Source: an uncultured Fibrobacteraceae bacterium (GTDB taxonomy: Bacteria; Krumholzibacteriota; Krumholzibacteriia; LZORAL124-64-63). From it: a DNA stretch of 64,000 bases. Under the pieces are notes generated by a model. It was not told where the DNA came from. It worked only from the letters and a program-made list of their open reading frames with translations, and searched no databases. Positions within the stretch are counted from its first letter, which is position 1. Each line of letters opens with the position of its first letter. This document shows, piece by piece, positions 62,294-64,000 of the stretch. The stretch spans positions 37,426-101,425 of the forward strand of contig CAZWYF010000005.1 of assembly GCA_964637835.1 (NCBI GenBank), in the 5' to 3' direction. The position numbers were made by a program, and so were the translations under genes.

Positions 62294-63241
62294 ATGAACC
62301 TCTCGTTCACCCGCGCGGCCATCATCGGCGCCACCGGCCCTACGGGCCGGCATCTGGCCACCGAGCTCCGCCTCCGCGGCGTGGCCGTCACCGCGGTCTC
62401 CCGGTCCACGGACAAGCTGCGCCGCTGGTTCGCCGAGCCCGAGACCGAGCGCATCGCCGCCGACGCCCTGGACGCCGACGCCCTGCGCGCCGCCGTCAGC
62501 GGCTGCGATCTGGTGGTCGACAGCGTGGGCCTGCCGCCCGAGCACATGGACCGGCACGCGGCCATCGCCGAGCACGTGATCGCGGCCGCCGCGGCGGCGG
62601 GCGCACGCCTGCTGCACGTGTCGAGCTTCTGGTCGTTCCTGCCGGTGCGGTCGTTGCCGGTGAGCGAGGACCACCCGCGCGAGGGGGGCAACAGCTACGC
62701 CCGGGCCCGCCGCGCCGCCGAGGACGTGATGCTCGCGGCCGGCGCCTGCGTGGTCCACCTGCCCGACTTCTTCGGGCCGGGCGTCCACACTTCCACCCTG
62801 CAGGGGCCGCTCCAGGAGGCGCTCGCCGGCAAGCGCATGAGCTGGCTCGGCTCGCCCGACACGGAGCGGGAGTACGCCTATGTCCCCGACGCCATGGCCC
62901 TGGTGGCCGATCTCGCCCTGCGCGAGGAAGCGTACGGGCGGTCCTGGCTGGTCCCGGGCAGCGGGCCGCTGAGCGGCCGGCAAGCGGCGGCCATCGCCGG
63001 CGAGCATCTCGGCCGCGAGGTCAAGCTGCGGGCGGTGCCCGGCTGGCTGGCGCGGCTGGCCGCCCAGATCACCCCGGCGCTCCGCCCGTTCCGGCCCATC
63101 CTCGGCGACTACCTGCAGCCCATCGCCTACGACGCCAGCCGCCTGCGCCGCCTCCTCGGAGAGGTCCATCCGGCCCCTTACGCTCCGGCCATCGGGGCCA
63201 CCCTCGAGGCCATGCGCCAGGCGGAGGCTGAGGGCCGGTAG
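62294..63241 (+). CDS. NAD-dependent epimerase/dehydratase family protein (atypical SDR)
   Basis: GGAAGGAG SD. A Rossmann fold IIGATGPTGRHL is present. Confidence 0.8.
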   Translation: MNLSFTRAAIIGATGPTGRHLATELRLRGVAVTAVSRSTDKLRRWFAEPETERIAADALDADALRAAVSGCDLVVDSVGLPPEHMDRHAAIAEHVIAAAAAAGARLLHVSSFWSFLPVRSLPVSEDHPREGGNSYARARRAAEDVMLAAGACVVHLPDFFGPGVHTSTLQGPLQEALAGKRMSWLGSPDTEREYAYVPDAMALVADLALREEAYGRSWLVPGSGPLSGRQAAAIAGEHLGREVKLRAVPGWLARLAAQITPALRPFRPILGDYLQPIAYDASRLRRLLGEVHPAPYAPAIGATLEAMRQAEAEGR

Positions 63242-63411
63242 CGGCCGATCCCGGCCATTTCCGCCGTCACGGCCTCCCTGCCCGGGGCCCGCCATCCCGA
63301 TGACACCTGCCAGCCCTCTCCTTACGGTGGGCGTGAAGGACGCTGCCACCATCGCGGCGCCGGCCGGTCCGCGCCCGGACCGCCGCCCGGTGGCCCGAGG
63401 AAGGAGAGACC

Positions 63412-64000
63412 ATGCGATCGCGAATGATCCTCGCCGCCATGGCCACGACGGCCCTGCTGGTGTCCGTCCCGGCCCTGGCCGGAGCTGGCGACCAGTCCGG
63501 CAGCCAGTCCGGCGACCAGTCCGGCGACCAGTCCAGCGACCAGACGCGCCAGGCGGCCTACCAGCCGCGCCTGATGAACGTCGATCAGCTCATCGGCCAG
63601 CCCGTCGAGAGCCGCACCGGCCAGGACCTGGGCAAGCTCCACGAGCTGGTCATGGATCCCCGCCGCAACGGCATCGCCTACGCGGTGATCGCCCATGGCG
63701 GCTTCATGAGCTTCGGCGCCGACCACTTCGCCATCCCCTGGACCGGCCTGGAGATCGTTCCCGGCGCCGTGCCCGAGCACACGAAGATCGTGATCGACGC
63801 CACGCGCAGCCGCCTGCAGCGCGCGCAACGTTACGATGACGACTGGCCGCACGTCGGCGACCCCCGCTTCATCGAGGCCGTGCATGCGGCCTTCGACAGC
63901 GAGCACACCACCGAGGGCGAGCAGCCCGGGTGGCGCCAGGAGATGGCGGACATCCAGGGCCAGGTGGACACGGCCGACCATCGGGGTCGCCGCCTGGGCA
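63412..64000 (+). CDS. PRC-barrel domain protein, 3' partial (runs off the window)
   Basis: GAAGGAGAGACC-ATG, a signal peptide, a (GDQS)n repeat, then a PRC-barrel-like block IGQPVESRTGQDLGKLHELVMDPRRNGIAYAVIAHGG. It is absent from the ORF track because there is no stop within the window. Confidence 0.65.
   Translation, partial: MRSRMILAAMATTALLVSVPALAGAGDQSGSQSGDQSGDQSSDQTRQAAYQPRLMNVDQLIGQPVESRTGQDLGKLHELVMDPRRNGIAYAVIAHGGFMSFGADHFAIPWTGLEIVPGAVPEHTKIVIDATRSRLQRAQRYDDDWPHVGDPRFIEAVHAAFDSEHTTEGEQPGWRQEMADIQGQVDTADHRGRRLG
63487..63545 (+). repeat. tandem 12-bp repeat (GACCAGTCCGGC)x4-5 inside the PRC-barrel CDS
   Basis: Read directly: gaccagtccggcagccagtccggcgaccagtccggcgaccagtccagcgaccag. 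Confidence 0.7.

Noticed and set aside
59728-62691. 987-aa minus ORF
   Set aside because: Antisense to the LVIVD-repeat gene, and overlaps the epimerase gene region.
1-64000. CRISPR arrays, rRNA, tRNA, integrase or transposase genes
   Set aside because: I scanned for spaced direct repeats and for conserved RNA-gene motifs. The only repeats found are short tandem arrays (17-bp, 12-bp, the GGC microsatellite). No recombinase or transposase-like ORFs were found.

Overview
This is a high-GC (about 70%) bacterial chromosomal segment with dense coding on both strands, no rRNA, tRNA or CRISPR, and many long antisense ORFs that are GC artefacts. Gene content suggests an FCB-group / Gemmatimonadota-like organism; that lineage call is inference, not measured. 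Family assignments come from recognising conserved motifs by eye. Coordinates for non-coding elements may be off by 1-2 nt.

From start to end the window holds:
- a partial TPR protein, a lipoprotein, and a gene whose RBS-equipped signal-peptide start is cut off from its body by an in-frame TAA;
- an AT-rich island with 17-bp tandem repeats and a perfect 11-bp-arm palindrome upstream of a pRiA4b-ORF3-like gene;
- a cupin and a secreted alpha/beta hydrolase;
- three large secreted proteins sharing the same type-A T9SS-like C-terminal sorting domain: an FG-GAP propeller, an HExxHxxGxxH metzincin with Fn3 domains, and an LVIVD propeller;
- an ECF sigma / zf-HC2 anti-sigma / periplasmic TPR-CHAT protease operon;
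- a translationally coupled pair of secreted alkaline-phosphatase-superfamily esterases;
- a STAS protein coupled to an SLC12/APC-type transporter;
- a class I aminotransferase;
- a tripartite RND efflux operon (OMF-MFP-RND);
- an AcuI/YhdH-type reductase, a CBS protein, a small 8-Cys protein, pncB, an aldo/keto reductase, a CHAD protein and a PhzF-family protein;
- a pdxR(MocR)-pdxS-pdxT locus with a candidate operator;
- lplA, a Gfo/Idh/MocA oxidoreductase, and an orphan KamA-family radical SAM aminomutase;
- a compact type II secretion / type IV pilus-like cluster (GspE, GspF, a tandem two-domain pseudopilin, a GspL-like PilM-PilN fusion, PilO/GspM-like, PilP/GspC-like, secretin, plus a convergent GspG);
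- an overlapping-gene operon (acylphosphatase, Cof-type HAD phosphatase, PLP decarboxylase, DsbD-alpha domain, RRM protein, DUF360/holin-4 membrane protein);
- an NAD-dependent epimerase and a partial PRC-barrel gene carrying 12-bp tandem repeats.

The candidates most likely to be new are the ECF/anti-sigma/CHAT module, the T2SS-like cluster with its unusual pseudopilin next to T9SS-CTD cargo genes, and the STAS-transporter pair.
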